From: Candidatus Nanopelagicales bacterium | Lineage (GTDB): Bacteria > Actinomycetota > Actinomycetes > S36-B12 > UBA10799 | Length of the DNA: 49,085 bases | Reading direction: 5' to 3' | NCBI GenBank assembly: GCA_039812085.1 | Contig: JBDHZU010000002.1 | Coordinates: 1-49,085, forward strand | Part shown: positions 18,531 through 31,237 of the stretch, piece after piece | How the letters are laid out: each line of letters starts with the position of its first letter | How positions within the stretch are numbered: position 1 is the first letter of the stretch | Notes under the pieces: generated by a model | Database searches by the model: none | Told to the model about the DNA's origin: nothing | The model's input: only the letters and a program-made list of their open reading frames with translations | Made by a program: the position numbers and the translations under genes

Positions 18531-19514
18531 ATGCGTCGAGTACCTCCGGCACCGAGATCGGGAACCCCGGTTGTCGCCTTGGGTGGCGGCCACGGATTGT
18601 CGGTCACACTCAAAGCGTTACGCCAAGTCACTCGACAACTGACGGCCATCGTTGGAGTGGCTGACGATGGTGGATCCAGTGGTCGACTGCGTGCGGAGTT
18701 GGATGTCATTCCTCCCGGCGATCTGCGGATGGCGCTGGCCGCACTATGTGGCGAGGATGCCTGGGGTCGTACCTGGTCACGGGTCATGCAGCACCGCTTC
18801 ACGGGCAACGGAGAGATCGCTGGGCACGCCACCGGGAATCTGTTGATTGCTGCCTTGTGGCAAGAAACCGGCGATGTGGTCGAAGGCCTGGATTGGGTTG
18901 CTGCCTTGCTTGGTGCCAATGGCCGGGTGCTGCCGGTCTCGTCACAGCCGTTGAACATCGTCGCGGATGTGAAGGGAGTCGATCCCACGCATCCAGACCA
19001 GGTCACCACCATCCACGGTCAGGTGGAACTCGAACAGTCTCCGGGACAGGTCGTGTCCTTAGCCGTAGAACCTGCCGATCCGGACGCATGCCCGCAGGCC
19101 GTGGATGCCATCCACGGGGCAGAAGTTGTGGTTATGGGTCCCGGGAGTTGGTACACGAGCGTCCTGCCTCATCTGCTGGTACCGGAGATTCGATCAGCAT
19201 TGGCCAGCGCTCGCGCCCGTCGCGTGTTGGTGCTCAACTTGGCCACCCCGAAAGAACAGACCGCGGGTTTGTCTAGTGATACCTACTTGTCGACCTGGGC
19301 ACAGCTTTTCTCCGATGTACACCTCGACGTAGTGCTTGCTGACCCCCAATGCGTTACCGATCCCACTGCGTTAGCTGACGTTTGTCGCCAACTTGGGATC
19401 GAATTGGTCTTCCAAGATCTGACGAATCGGACAATTTCGGACCGATCTCCCGAACATGACCAAGATCTTTTGGCAGGTGCCCTGTCCGAGCTCGTTGCGC
19501 GTGGCACTATCTAA
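18531..19514 (+). CDS. yvcK: YvcK/CofD-family gluconeogenesis factor (UDP-sugar-binding; CuvA-like)
   Basis: ORF 18417..19514. ATG 18531 is preceded by AAGGAA and follows the rapZ stop by 2 nt. VVALGGGHGLS motif. Confidence 0.9.
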   Translation: MRRVPPAPRSGTPVVALGGGHGLSVTLKALRQVTRQLTAIVGVADDGGSSGRLRAELDVIPPGDLRMALAALCGEDAWGRTWSRVMQHRFTGNGEIAGHATGNLLIAALWQETGDVVEGLDWVAALLGANGRVLPVSSQPLNIVADVKGVDPTHPDQVTTIHGQVELEQSPGQVVSLAVEPADPDACPQAVDAIHGAEVVVMGPGSWYTSVLPHLLVPEIRSALASARARRVLVLNLATPKEQTAGLSSDTYLSTWAQLFSDVHLDVVLADPQCVTDPTALADVCRQLGIELVFQDLTNRTISDRSPEHDQDLLAGALSELVARGTI

Positions 19515-19517
19515 CGC

Positions 19518-20498
19518 ATGGCAATGACCTCCGCCGTCAAAGACGAGCTCAGCCGATTCGAGAACATCAACCCCTGCTGCCGGAAGTCCGAGGTTTCCAC
19601 GATCCTGCGATTCGCAGGTGGCCTGCACATTGTGAGCGGGCACATCGTGATTGAAGCCGAACTGGACACTGGCGCCACCGCTCGTCGGCTACGCAAAGAC
19701 ATCTTCGAGATCTACGGACACAAGACTGACCTCGCGGTGGTTCGTCCCGGTGGATTGCGGCAAGGCAACCGCTACCTCGTGCGTGTGACTCGCGGCGGTG
19801 AAGCCTTGGCCCGTCAGACCGGACTGGTCGATGGTGCAGGTCGTCCGGTACGCGGTTTGCCACCCCAGGTGGTGTCAGGTGGCGCATGCGACATCGAAGC
19901 CGCATGGCGTGGTGCGTTCCTTGCTCATGGGTCGTTGACTGAACCAGGCCGTTCCTCGGCACTAGAGGTGACGTGCCCTGGATCGGAGGCAGCACTGGCC
20001 CTCGTCGGTGCCGCCCGACGCCTTGGTCTGGCCGCTAAGAGCCGTGAGGTTCGTGGGGTTGACCGTGTGGTCATGCGCGATGGCGATGCAATCAGTGCAT
20101 TGCTGACTCGTCTGGGTGCGCACGATTCGGTCTTGGCGTGGGAAGAACGTCGCATGCGTCGCGAGGTCAAGGCGTCAGCTCACCGCTTGGCGAACTTCGA
20201 TGACGCGAACCTGCGTCGCTCAGCTCGCGCTGCAGTTGCTGCTGGCGCTCGCGTTGAGCGTGCCCTGGAGATCCTGGCTGACGATGTGCCGGATCATCTG
20301 CGGGCGGCTGGCGAACTGCGGGTGCAACACAAGCAGGCCAGTCTGGAAGAACTCGGTGCATTGGCTGATCCGCCCATGACCAAAGATGCGATTGCGGGAC
20401 GCATTCGTCGCCTGTTGGCGATGGCCGACAAGCGTGCACATGATCTTGGGATCGATGACACCGAGGCAGTGCTAACCCCGGAAATGATGGCTCCCTGA
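19518..20498 (+). CDS. whiA: DNA-binding sporulation/cell-division regulator WhiA
   Basis: [14 protein letters not shown]-terminus, LAGLIDADG-like domains, C-terminal HTH. Conserved rapZ-yvcK-whiA order. Confidence 0.95.
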   Translation: MAMTSAVKDELSRFENINPCCRKSEVSTILRFAGGLHIVSGHIVIEAELDTGATARRLRKDIFEIYGHKTDLAVVRPGGLRQGNRYLVRVTRGGEALARQTGLVDGAGRPVRGLPPQVVSGGACDIEAAWRGAFLAHGSLTEPGRSSALEVTCPGSEAALALVGAARRLGLAAKSREVRGVDRVVMRDGDAISALLTRLGAHDSVLAWEERRMRREVKASAHRLANFDDANLRRSARAAVAAGARVERALEILADDVPDHLRAAGELRVQHKQASLEELGALADPPMTKDAIAGRIRRLLAMADKRAHDLGIDDTEAVLTPEMMAP

Positions 20499-20585
20499 TC
20501 CACTCGTTTACCCCGATTCCCCTGCCATTCGGTGGAATCTGGCGGTTCTGCGGGTGAGCCTGCTGGGCAGGACTTTGCGCGCTAG

Positions 20586-22858
<2,273 letters not shown>

Positions 22859-22860
22859 AC

Positions 22861-23646
22861 ATGGCTGAACGCAAGCCGTTGATGGCCGGCAACTGGAAGA
22901 TGAACCTCAATCATCTGGAAGCGATCGCCCTGGTGCAGAAGGTCGCCTTCTCGTTGAAAGATGCCGACTACGAGGCATGCGAGGTCGCAGTGCTGCCTCC
23001 ATTCACCGATATTCGTTCGGTCCAGACCCTGGTCGATGGAGACAAGCTCAAGATTGTCTACGGGGCACAAGACATCTCCGAACATGCATCGGGTGCCTAC
23101 ACCGGAGAAGTGTCCGGTGCCATGCTCGCCAAGCTGGGATGTACCTACGTCACCGTTGGCCACAGTGAGCGTCGCCAGTACCACGCTGAAACTGACGAGA
23201 TCGTGAACGCGAAGGCCAAGGCTGCCCTGAAGGTCGGTATTCGTCCGATTGTGTGTGTGGGTGAGGGACTCGAGATTCGGCAAGCGGGAAACCACGTCGC
23301 GCATACCTTGAGCCAGATTGATGGCGCGCTGAATGGCTTGTCCGCCAAGGACATGGCCAATGTTGTTATCGCTTACGAACCTGTGTGGGCGATTGGGACA
23401 GGTGAGGTTGCGACTCCGGCTGACGCGCAGGAGGTATGCAGTGCAATTCGTAGCCGACTGGCAGATCTCTACGACGACTCAATCGCGAATGCGACTCGGG
23501 TGCTGTACGGCGGATCGGTCAAGGCCTCGAACGTGGCTGGACTGATGGCCGAACCCGACATTGACGGCGGTTTGGTCGGCGGGGCTAGCATTGACCCCGA
23601 CGAATTTGTCGCGTTGGTGCGCCACCGTTTGCTTGCGGCGTCGTAA
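22861..23646 (+). CDS. tpiA: triose-phosphate isomerase
   Basis: [25 protein letters not shown] motifs. Confidence 0.97.
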   Translation: MAERKPLMAGNWKMNLNHLEAIALVQKVAFSLKDADYEACEVAVLPPFTDIRSVQTLVDGDKLKIVYGAQDISEHASGAYTGEVSGAMLAKLGCTYVTVGHSERRQYHAETDEIVNAKAKAALKVGIRPIVCVGEGLEIRQAGNHVAHTLSQIDGALNGLSAKDMANVVIAYEPVWAIGTGEVATPADAQEVCSAIRSRLADLYDDSIANATRVLYGGSVKASNVAGLMAEPDIDGGLVGGASIDPDEFVALVRHRLLAAS

Positions 23647-23677
23647 CCTTCGGATCTAAGACACACAAAGGACTGAC

Positions 23678-23911
23678 ATGACTGTTGCACTTGAAATCAT
23701 CTTGGTGATCACGAGTCTGCTGTTGATTGTGTTGATCCTGCTTCACAAAGGCAAGGGCGGGGGCCTGTCTGACATGTTCGGCGGTGGCGTCACCTCATCT
23801 GTGGGTGGTTCCAGTGTTGCCGAACGAAATCTCGACCGAATCACGGTCGGGATCGCTTTGGTTTGGGCCGCCTGCATCATTGGGTTGGGCCTGATCGTCA
23901 AGTCTGGGTGA
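23678..23911 (+). CDS. secG: preprotein translocase subunit SecG
   Basis: 77 aa, two TM helices flanking a Gly-rich loop (HKGKGGGLSDMFGGG). Conserved position after tpiA. Confidence 0.9.
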   Translation: MTVALEIILVITSLLLIVLILLHKGKGGGLSDMFGGGVTSSVGGSSVAERNLDRITVGIALVWAACIIGLGLIVKSG

Positions 23912-23921
23912 GGAGTTTCTC

Positions 23922-24263
23922 GTGGCTGGTGGCGGTAGTGCGATCCGAGGTAGTCGGGTCGGTGCAGGTCCCATGGGGGAGAAGGAGCGCGGCGAGCCCG
24001 CTCCCCGAGTATTTGTTTCGTTCTACTGTGCCAACGGCCATGAGTCGACACCGACGTTCGCCGTCGATGTTCCGCCGCCGGATGAGTGGGATTGCCCGCG
24101 TTGTGGATGGCCGGCCGGACCAGACAAGGACAATCCGCCTGCTCCGCCTAAGACTGAGCCTTACAAGACTCACTTGGCCTACGTGAAGGAACGCCGCTCT
24201 GATTCCGATGGTGGCGACATCCTGGATGAGGCACTTGCGCGTTACCGCGAAGACCGCGACTAA
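23922..24263 (+). CDS. rbpA: RNA polymerase-binding protein RbpA
   Basis: GTG start with GAGGAG SD. IRGSRVGA N-terminus, C-x3-H...C-x2-C putative Zn ligands, C-terminal sigma-interaction helix (YKTHLAYVKERRS...LDEALARYR). Confidence 0.88.
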   Translation: MAGGGSAIRGSRVGAGPMGEKERGEPAPRVFVSFYCANGHESTPTFAVDVPPPDEWDCPRCGWPAGPDKDNPPAPPKTEPYKTHLAYVKERRSDSDGGDILDEALARYREDRD

Positions 24264-25012
24264 TTAGTCAGTTTGCTTGCTGCTGCTTCGTCGGCAAACA
24301 AGATGGTTTCCACGCTGCCACGAGCGGCACCGGATGGTGCGTCCTTAGCGCGAGCATCAGACTGGATGAGCGCAACGGCATCGGCTTTTCCCTCGCCTGA
24401 TGCGATCAGCCATACCCGCTTCGATGCGTTGATGGTCTGCATGGTGAAGGTGGTGCGCAATGGCGGTGGCTTGGGGGAGTTACGGACTGCCACAACAGTC
24501 TCCGGTTCAAACTGCTCATCGCGTCCCGGGAACAGGGAGGCGCAATGAGCATCCTCACCGATACCCAGCATGTTGATGTCGAACGCGATGTTCTCGTCAG
24601 AACCATGTGAGTCGATGAGCTCTTGCGCGTAAGCAGCAGCAGCTTCGTCTAAGCCCTCGTCGGAGCCAGCAACTTCGCTGCGAGGCATCGGATGAACTTT
24701 GACGGGGTCAACATCGACCTTGTCCAGCAGGGCTTCTCGGGCTCCGGTCTCGTTGCGCTGCGGGTCGCCTTCGGGCAGGTAACGCTCGTCGGACCACCAG
24801 AACTCAACCTTTGACCAGTCGATACCGGAGGCGTCCGCGTGGCTGCCTATTGCAGCCATGGCTGACGTTCCACCTCGACCGCCGGTCAGGCAAACGTGTG
24901 CCACCCCGCGTTCGGCAATCGCCGCGATGATGACGGCAACGGCGCGATCGGCAATCGCGTTCGCTACCGCATCACCATCGGCGAGAACCTCAAGCTGACG
25001 CTCTGAACTCAT
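24260..25012 (-). CDS. pgl: 6-phosphogluconolactonase
   Basis: FWWSDERYLP and MLGIGEDAHCASLFPG motifs of the Pgl/DevB family. Starts 8 nt downstream of the tal stop. Confidence 0.88.
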   Translation of the reverse strand: MSSERQLEVLADGDAVANAIADRAVAVIIAAIAERGVAHVCLTGGRGGTSAMAAIGSHADASGIDWSKVEFWWSDERYLPEGDPQRNETGAREALLDKVDVDPVKVHPMPRSEVAGSDEGLDEAAAAYAQELIDSHGSDENIAFDINMLGIGEDAHCASLFPGRDEQFEPETVVAVRNSPKPPPLRTTFTMQTINASKRVWLIASGEGKADAVALIQSDARAKDAPSGAARGSVETILFADEAAASKLTN

Positions 25013-25020
25013 GACGTCGA

Positions 25021-26121
25021 TCAGTTGAGAGTGGACTGGACGTGATCGATCAGATCGCCCCAGGCGTCCACGAACTTCGAGACACCCTCGTCCTCAAGCT
25101 CTTGGAACACCTCGTCCATATCGACGCCGGCTGCAGCCAGATCGTCGAATACCTTCTGGGCATCTGCCAGGTTGTTCGAGATGGTGTCGCCCTGTACGTT
25201 GCCGTGATCTTCCACAGCGTTCAGGGTGGCTTCTGGCATGGTGTTGACACACTCAGGTGCGGCCAGTTCCACCACGTAGGTGTCATCGGAGTAGGCAGGG
25301 TCCTTCACGCCGGTGCTGGCCCACAGCGGACGCTGAATGGCGGCACCCTCAGCTTCCAGAGCCTTCCAGCGGTCGGACTCCTTCATCTTCAGGTAAGCGC
25401 CGTAGGCGAGACGAGCATTCGCCACACCGGCATCCCCCTTGAGTGCCTTGGCCTCGTCGGTACCGAGCTTGTCGAGACGACCATCCACGGCGGTATCAAC
25501 GCGGCTGACGAAGAACGAAGCCACCGAGTGAATCTTGGACAGGTCCAATCCGGCTTCCTTGGCCTTCTCCATGCCCGACAACCAGGCATCCATGACTTCT
25601 TCATAGCGAGCAACCGAGAAGATCAGCGTGACGTTGACGCTGATTCCGGCGGCGATGGTTTCCGTGATGGCTGGCAGGCCTTCGACGGTGCCAGGAATCT
25701 TGATGAGGACGTTCTCGCGATCAACGGCCCAGTGCAGTGCCTTGGCCTCGGCGATGGTTCCTTCGGTCTCGCGCGCCAAGCGTGGATCGACTTCGATGGA
25801 GACGCGACCGTCGTAGCCCTTGGACTTGTCGTAGATGTCCTTGAACAGATCACATGCCCAACGGACGTCGTACTCCGTCATGGTGCGGATGGCCTCATCC
25901 ACGGACAGCTTGCGGGACTTGGCGTCCGCGACTTGGGCGGCGTAGTCATCTGACCCACCGGAGATTGCCTTGTCGAAGATCGCCGGGTTCGTGGTGACGC
26001 CTACGACGTGCTTGGTCTTGATGAGTTCTTCGAGGTTGCCGGATTCGAGGCGGGCACGACTCAAGTCGTCCAACCAGATCGATACGCCAACGTCGGACAG
26101 ATCCTTCAAGTGGTCAGTCAT
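25021..26121 (-). CDS. tal: transaldolase
   Basis: 366 aa. [18 protein letters not shown], and the Schiff-base Lys region (VLIKIPGT). Confidence 0.95.
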   Translation of the reverse strand: MTDHLKDLSDVGVSIWLDDLSRARLESGNLEELIKTKHVVGVTTNPAIFDKAISGGSDDYAAQVADAKSRKLSVDEAIRTMTEYDVRWACDLFKDIYDKSKGYDGRVSIEVDPRLARETEGTIAEAKALHWAVDRENVLIKIPGTVEGLPAITETIAAGISVNVTLIFSVARYEEVMDAWLSGMEKAKEAGLDLSKIHSVASFFVSRVDTAVDGRLDKLGTDEAKALKGDAGVANARLAYGAYLKMKESDRWKALEAEGAAIQRPLWASTGVKDPAYSDDTYVVELAAPECVNTMPEATLNAVEDHGNVQGDTISNNLADAQKVFDDLAAAGVDMDEVFQELEDEGVSKFVDAWGDLIDHVQSTLN

Positions 26122-26148
26122 GGCAGTTTCCTTCGGGTTTGTTGGGGG

Positions 26149-28197
26149 TTAGTTGTTTTCGACGGATTCGAGGGATTCCTTGGCTTTTGCCACCACGTTG
26201 TCCACGGTGAAGCCGTACTTGGTCATCAACAAGGCACCATCGGCAGATTCACCAAAATGCTCGATGCTGATTGCGCGGCCATGCTCGCCCAGGAATCGGT
26301 ACCACGGCATTGCCACACCAGCTTCTACCGTGACGCGCGCCTTGACTGACGAAGGAATGACCTGCTCCTTGTAGTCGTCGTCTTGTTCGTCGAACCACTC
26401 CAGGCACGGCATGGAGACGACTTGCGTGGGAATGCCTTCGCCTTCCAGTACCTCAGCAGCGCCAACAGCCCACTGAACTTCCGAACCAGTCGCGATGAGC
26501 AGAACCTTCGGATCAGCGGATGGCTTCACCCTGATGTAGGCGCCCTTGGTGACGCCTTCGTCAGCTTCGAAGACTGGCAGACCCTGACGCGACAGGATCA
26601 GGCCGACAGCATCTTGGCGTTCAAGGATGTGTCGCCAAGCGATAGCGGTCTCGTTGCCGTCTGCTGGGCGAACGATGTTGATATTTGGCATGGCGCGAAG
26701 CGAGGCCAGGTGCTCGATTGGCTGGTGAGTCGGACCGTCTTCGCCCAAGCCAACCGAGTCGTGTGTCCACACGTACGTCACGGGCACATCCATCAGAGCG
26801 GACAAACGAACTGCACCACGCATGTAGTCCGAGAACGTGAAGAACGTTCCACCAAATACTCGAGTCAGGCGGGACAACGCGATGCCGTTGAGTGCAGCGC
26901 CCATCGCATGCTCGCGGATACCAAAGTGCAGGATGCGACCGTTGGGACGAGCGGCCGGAGCATTGTTGCCGAACGGCAAGAACGAGCCGCCATCGTCGAT
27001 GCTGGTGTTGTTTGAGCTGGCGAGGTCGGCCGAACCACCCCAAAACTCCGGCATCACCGAGGCAATGCCGTTGATGACCTTGCCGGATGCCTGACGGGTG
27101 GCAACCTTGCTGCCGACCTCGAAGGTGGGGATTGCATCTTCCAAGCCTTCAGGGAGCTTTCCGGACTGGATGCGATCCAGCAGCTTGGCATCCTTTGGTC
27201 GAGCGTCACGCCATTCGTCGAACTTCTTGTCCCACTCGGCGTGCAGTTCGGCACCGCGTGCCTTGACCTCGCGCGCGTGATCCAGGACCTCATCGGAGAC
27301 CTCGAAGGTCTTGTCTGGGTCAAAGCCCAGAATCTCCTTGGTCTTCTCGATTTCTTCGGCACCCAGGTCCGCACCGTGTGCATCGTGCGAGTTCTGCTTG
27401 GTGGGGGCAGGCCAACCAATGATGGTGGTCACCCGAATCAGGGTGGGTTTGTCCGATTCACGAGCCTTGAGCATGGCGTCGTACACGCCTTGCACATCAA
27501 CATCGCCATCTGGCAGGACCTCAACGTGGATCGTGTCCCAACCGTAGGCCCGGTAGCGGGCTTCGACGTCTTCACTGAAGGCGACCTCGGTGTTGCCCTC
27601 AATCGAGATGTGGTTGTCGTCGTAAATGACCGTGAGGTTGCCCAGTTGCTGGTGGCCAGCCAGTGAACTGGCCTCAGAGGTGATGCCTTCTTCGATACAA
27701 CCGTCGCCAGCAATCACCCAGATGTGATGGTCGAAGACACTCTCGCCCGGCTTCGCGCCAGCATCGAGCATTTCCCGCACGTAACGACCGTCCATCGCCA
27801 TACCCACGGCAGTTGCCAGCCCTTGTCCCAGCGGGCCGGTGGTGGTCTCGACACCGACGGTGTGGCCGTATTCCGGGTGGCCGGGAGTCAGTGAGTTCTC
27901 GGTACGGAAGGACTCCATATCCGACAGTTCCAGGCCATAGCCGGAGAAGAACAACTGTGTGTAGAGCGTGAGGCTGGAGTGACCGGCCGACAGCACGAAT
28001 CGATCGCGGCCAATCCAATTTGGGTCCGCAGGGTCGTGCCGCAGCACCCGCTGAAACAGCAGGGTGGCGATGGGGGCCAAGCTCATGGCGGTACCAGGAT
28101 GGCCATTGCCGGTCTTGTGTACGGCGTCCGCCGCAAGCACGCGTGCGGTGTCGACGGTGCGCTTGTCCAGATCTGTCCACTCGAGTGACTCGGTCAC
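26149..28197 (-). CDS. tkt: transketolase
   Basis: 682 aa. GNGHPGTAMSLAP, TPP motif GDGCIEEGI, THDSVGLGEDGPTHQP. GTG start with GAGGAAGGA SD. Confidence 0.97.
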   Translation of the reverse strand: MTESLEWTDLDKRTVDTARVLAADAVHKTGNGHPGTAMSLAPIATLLFQRVLRHDPADPNWIGRDRFVLSAGHSSLTLYTQLFFSGYGLELSDMESFRTENSLTPGHPEYGHTVGVETTTGPLGQGLATAVGMAMDGRYVREMLDAGAKPGESVFDHHIWVIAGDGCIEEGITSEASSLAGHQQLGNLTVIYDDNHISIEGNTEVAFSEDVEARYRAYGWDTIHVEVLPDGDVDVQGVYDAMLKARESDKPTLIRVTTIIGWPAPTKQNSHDAHGADLGAEEIEKTKEILGFDPDKTFEVSDEVLDHAREVKARGAELHAEWDKKFDEWRDARPKDAKLLDRIQSGKLPEGLEDAIPTFEVGSKVATRQASGKVINGIASVMPEFWGGSADLASSNNTSIDDGGSFLPFGNNAPAARPNGRILHFGIREHAMGAALNGIALSRLTRVFGGTFFTFSDYMRGAVRLSALMDVPVTYVWTHDSVGLGEDGPTHQPIEHLASLRAMPNINIVRPADGNETAIAWRHILERQDAVGLILSRQGLPVFEADEGVTKGAYIRVKPSADPKVLLIATGSEVQWAVGAAEVLEGEGIPTQVVSMPCLEWFDEQDDDYKEQVIPSSVKARVTVEAGVAMPWYRFLGEHGRAISIEHFGESADGALLMTKYGFTVDNVVAKAKESLESVENN

Positions 28198-28444
28198 GTC
28201 GGTCCTTCCTCGCCAATTTCGACTCTGCTGGGTAATCAGCGCGAGCGTATCGACCTGAGCCCCCTCACGGCATCCCCACGCGCTCGCTTGCGCTAATCGG
28301 GTTTCTGCCGGGCCGAGGGTTCGTCTCGGGCGTGGAGCTCAACCAGTTCCCGAACGAGTCAATCTGCTCACAACCTGCGGGATTGCCACAGGCGAGGGTT
28401 ACAGTGGCTACACATCGTTTGGCGACGAAATTTCGGAGTTTTCA

Positions 28445-29440
28445 GTGGGGCAAGGTCAACCGCACCCGGGGGCAGATACGTCCTCGTCGTCGGCGACCCA
28501 TCCCACTCCCACCCCCACGGTCATCCACGACGACGGCGTTGCCGTGGTGACGACCCGCAAGCGATCGGTCAAGGGCACAGTCAGCTCCTACATTGCGCTG
28601 ACCAAGCCACGGATTATCGAGCTTCTGCTCGTCACCACCGTTCCCACGATGTTCTTGGCTGCGCAAGGCCTGCCTGGTTTGTGGTTGACCATTGCCACCT
28701 TGATTGGTGGAACCTTGGCTGCCGGTGGCGCCAACACGCTCAACTGCTACGTAGATCGCGACATCGATGCAGTGATGAAGCGAACGGGGCATCGCCCACT
28801 TGTTCGTGGTGACATCACTCCGAGAGCCGCGCTGATTTTTGGTCTCGTCCTGTCGGTGGCATCGGTTGTTTGGCTGGCGGCGACCGTCAATCTGTTGTCC
28901 AGCGTGCTGGCAAGCGGCGCAATCGTGTTCTACGTCGTCATTTACACCCTTGGCTTGAAGCGTCGGACTCCGCAGAACATCGTGTGGGGTGGGGCGGCCG
29001 GATGCTTCCCCGTCCTCATCGGATGGTCCGCAGTCACTGATTCGTTGACGTGGGCTCCGTTGATCCTGTTCGCGATCATCTTCTTCTGGACGCCACCGCA
29101 TTACTGGCCATTGTCGTTGAAGTTCAAGGACGACTACGCCGCCGCCGGAGTCCCCATGTTGCCGGTAGTGGCCGATCTGCGCCGGGTGGCGCTGGAGATC
29201 GTGGTCTATAGCTGGGTGATGGTGGGCGTCTCCCTGCTATTGGTGCCAGTGGCCCCCATGGGGTGGGTCTACACCGCAGCAGCGACGTTGCTTGGCGGGC
29301 ACTTCCTATACGAAGCGCATCGACTTCTGTACCGGGTGACGAAGGGCTTGGACGCCCAACCGATGCGCCTGTTCCACCTGTCGATCACGTACTTGTCGCT
29401 GTTATTCCTCGCGATCGCGATCGATCCGTTCTTCTCCTGA
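28445..29440 (+). CDS. ctaB: protoheme IX farnesyltransferase (heme O synthase)
   Basis: UbiA-type prenyltransferase ([23 protein letters not shown]). GTG 28445 is preceded by GGAG at a 6-nt spacing. GTG 28544/28547 are possible alternative starts that would drop a Thr/Ser/Pro-rich extension. Confidence 0.88.
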   Translation: MGQGQPHPGADTSSSSATHPTPTPTVIHDDGVAVVTTRKRSVKGTVSSYIALTKPRIIELLLVTTVPTMFLAAQGLPGLWLTIATLIGGTLAAGGANTLNCYVDRDIDAVMKRTGHRPLVRGDITPRAALIFGLVLSVASVVWLAATVNLLSSVLASGAIVFYVVIYTLGLKRRTPQNIVWGGAAGCFPVLIGWSAVTDSLTWAPLILFAIIFFWTPPHYWPLSLKFKDDYAAAGVPMLPVVADLRRVALEIVVYSWVMVGVSLLLVPVAPMGWVYTAAATLLGGHFLYEAHRLLYRVTKGLDAQPMRLFHLSITYLSLLFLAIAIDPFFS

Positions 29441-29451
29441 ACTTGTACTCG

Positions 29452-30456
29452 TTAGCTGTGGGTTGCGACCTCAGCAGTACCGCGCACCCGCAAGCTGAGG
29501 TAGCTGGACAGCACAGCGATCCATACCAGCGTGGAACCCAACAGGTGGAGCAGCACGATGACCCACGGCAGACCAATGAAGAACTGCACGTAACCGATCG
29601 TTCCCTGCAGCAGGCTGATCACCAAGATGCCGATTGCGCGCCCGGTAATTGGCTTGGGTGCCCTGGTCACGGTCAGCGCGATGATCAAACCCACTGTCAA
29701 GCCGATGAAGAGCAGCACCAGGTCAGCGTGTAACCACGAGATCATCCGTGGATCGAAGGGCAGACGATGGGTGGCGTCGGCATCTCCTGAGTGAGGCCCA
29801 GAGCCTGTCACCAGAGTTCCGACAGTGAGCACGACGAGGGCAAGTGCCACGATCGCTGTCCCCAACCGTCGAATCACAGGGTGCACGGTCAGCGTGACGG
29901 GGTGATCGCCCAATTCACGTGAGCGGACGAGCAACACCATGGATGCAGCGATGAGTCCAGAGGACACCAGGTAGTGCGCAGAAACGAATAGCGGATTGAG
30001 TCCGGTCAGGACGGTGATGCCGCCCAACACGGCCTGGGCGACTGTTCCCAGCAGTGGAGTTGCGGCCAGCCAGGTTAGTGGGCGACGGGTTGCTCCGCGT
30101 TCGGCCTTGAGCCGAGCATTCCAGCGCAGCGTCCCCACGAATGCCGCGATCGCAATGATCGTCAAGACAAACGTGAGAGTGCGGTTACCGAATTCGATGT
30201 ACTTATGGGTAGCCGTGTCGAGTCCAGCAGTAGGGACGAAGGAGGCGCTGGAACACTGCGGCCACGTCGGGCACCCCAGTCCTGAACCAGTAAGACGAAC
30301 CAAGCCACCGGTCACCACAATGGCGGTTTGTGCGACCAGGTTTGCCCAGAAGATTCGTCGCAACCATTGCGGGACGGCCACAGCAGGTTCCTGTCCCGTC
30401 GCCTTGATGACATCGCTCGTCACACTGACGTCTCCAGCCGATCGCGTATGGCTCAT
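29452..30456 (-). CDS. ctaA: COX15/CtaA-family heme A synthase
   Basis: Polytopic, 334 aa. N-terminal GSGLGCPTWPQC motif and conserved His residues in the TM helices. Confidence 0.87.
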   Translation of the reverse strand: MSHTRSAGDVSVTSDVIKATGQEPAVAVPQWLRRIFWANLVAQTAIVVTGGLVRLTGSGLGCPTWPQCSSASFVPTAGLDTATHKYIEFGNRTLTFVLTIIAIAAFVGTLRWNARLKAERGATRRPLTWLAATPLLGTVAQAVLGGITVLTGLNPLFVSAHYLVSSGLIAASMVLLVRSRELGDHPVTLTVHPVIRRLGTAIVALALVVLTVGTLVTGSGPHSGDADATHRLPFDPRMISWLHADLVLLFIGLTVGLIIALTVTRAPKPITGRAIGILVISLLQGTIGYVQFFIGLPWVIVLLHLLGSTLVWIAVLSSYLSLRVRGTAEVATHS

Positions 30457-30460
30457 TACT

Positions 30461-31237
30461 TCACTCCCACTTGAAGGTTCGAGTGGCGACGATGGTTCCG
30501 ACGACCGCCCAGGCAGCCAGTACGACCAAAGACCAGATCGGAAGCGGATTTCCGGCAGTTAATACCTCGCGCAGGCCATCTCCGAGAGCACCGGAAGGAA
30601 GCAGACGTCCGACTGCCGCCATCCCGCCAGGAATATCACTGCTCGGGATGATGGTGCTGCCGGCCATCAGCAGCACTAAGAAGATGGCATTAGCGACTGC
30701 CAGGGTGGCCTCTGCGCGCAGCCATCCGGCGATGACCAGTGCCCAGGACGCAAAGGCAGCCGTGCCGACTGCCAGTAGGAGCAGCACGCTGATGACGTTG
30801 CCGGCGGGATGCCAGCCCAGGGCAAATGCGACCGCACTGATGATGGCGAGCTGAATGATTTCCACCAAAAGAACCGCGATGCTGCGAGAGGCAACCAGTC
30901 CTGATCGGCCCAGCGGAGTGACTCCGAGGTATTTGAGAACGCCATAGCGGCGGTCGAAACCGGTGGAGATGGCCAGCGAAGTGAACGCCGTTGACATGAC
31001 AGCCAGCGCCAAGATTCCTGGCGTCACAATGTTGATCCGTGAGTCGCCGGTCAGGCTGATGAATGTGGCATAGGTCAGCCCCACGAGTAAGGCCAACGGA
31101 ATGACCAACATCAGGAGTAGTTGTTCGCCATTGCGAAGCAGCAAGGTCAGATCGAAGCGACTCTGAGCGCGGATGATGTGCGGGCGGCTATTGGCTTGTG
31201 CGCTGGGAGTGAAGTCGAGGGAATCCAGGGTGTTCAC
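30461..31237 (-). CDS. ABC-2 type transporter permease
   Basis: 258 aa, six predicted TM helices. GTGA-type 4-nt overlap with the upstream ATPase gene. Confidence 0.85.
   Translation of the reverse strand: MNTLDSLDFTPSAQANSRPHIIRAQSRFDLTLLLRNGEQLLLMLVIPLALLVGLTYATFISLTGDSRINIVTPGILALAVMSTAFTSLAISTGFDRRYGVLKYLGVTPLGRSGLVASRSIAVLLVEIIQLAIISAVAFALGWHPAGNVISVLLLLAVGTAAFASWALVIAGWLRAEATLAVANAIFLVLLMAGSTIIPSSDIPGGMAAVGRLLPSGALGDGLREVLTAGNPLPIWSLVVLAAWAVVGTIVATRTFKWE

Noticed and set aside
20559-20577. Hairpin CCTGC-TGG-GCAGG followed by ACTTTG after whiA, considered as an intrinsic terminator.
   Set aside because: It has only a 5-bp stem and a 3-nt U-tract, which is too weak to call. The whiA-gap gap (141 nt) more likely just holds the gap promoter.
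28332-28550. A 72-aa ORF in the tkt/ctaB intergenic region.
   Set aside because: The translation is Arg/Pro-rich and implausible, there is no SD, and it overlaps the ctaB start region in another frame.
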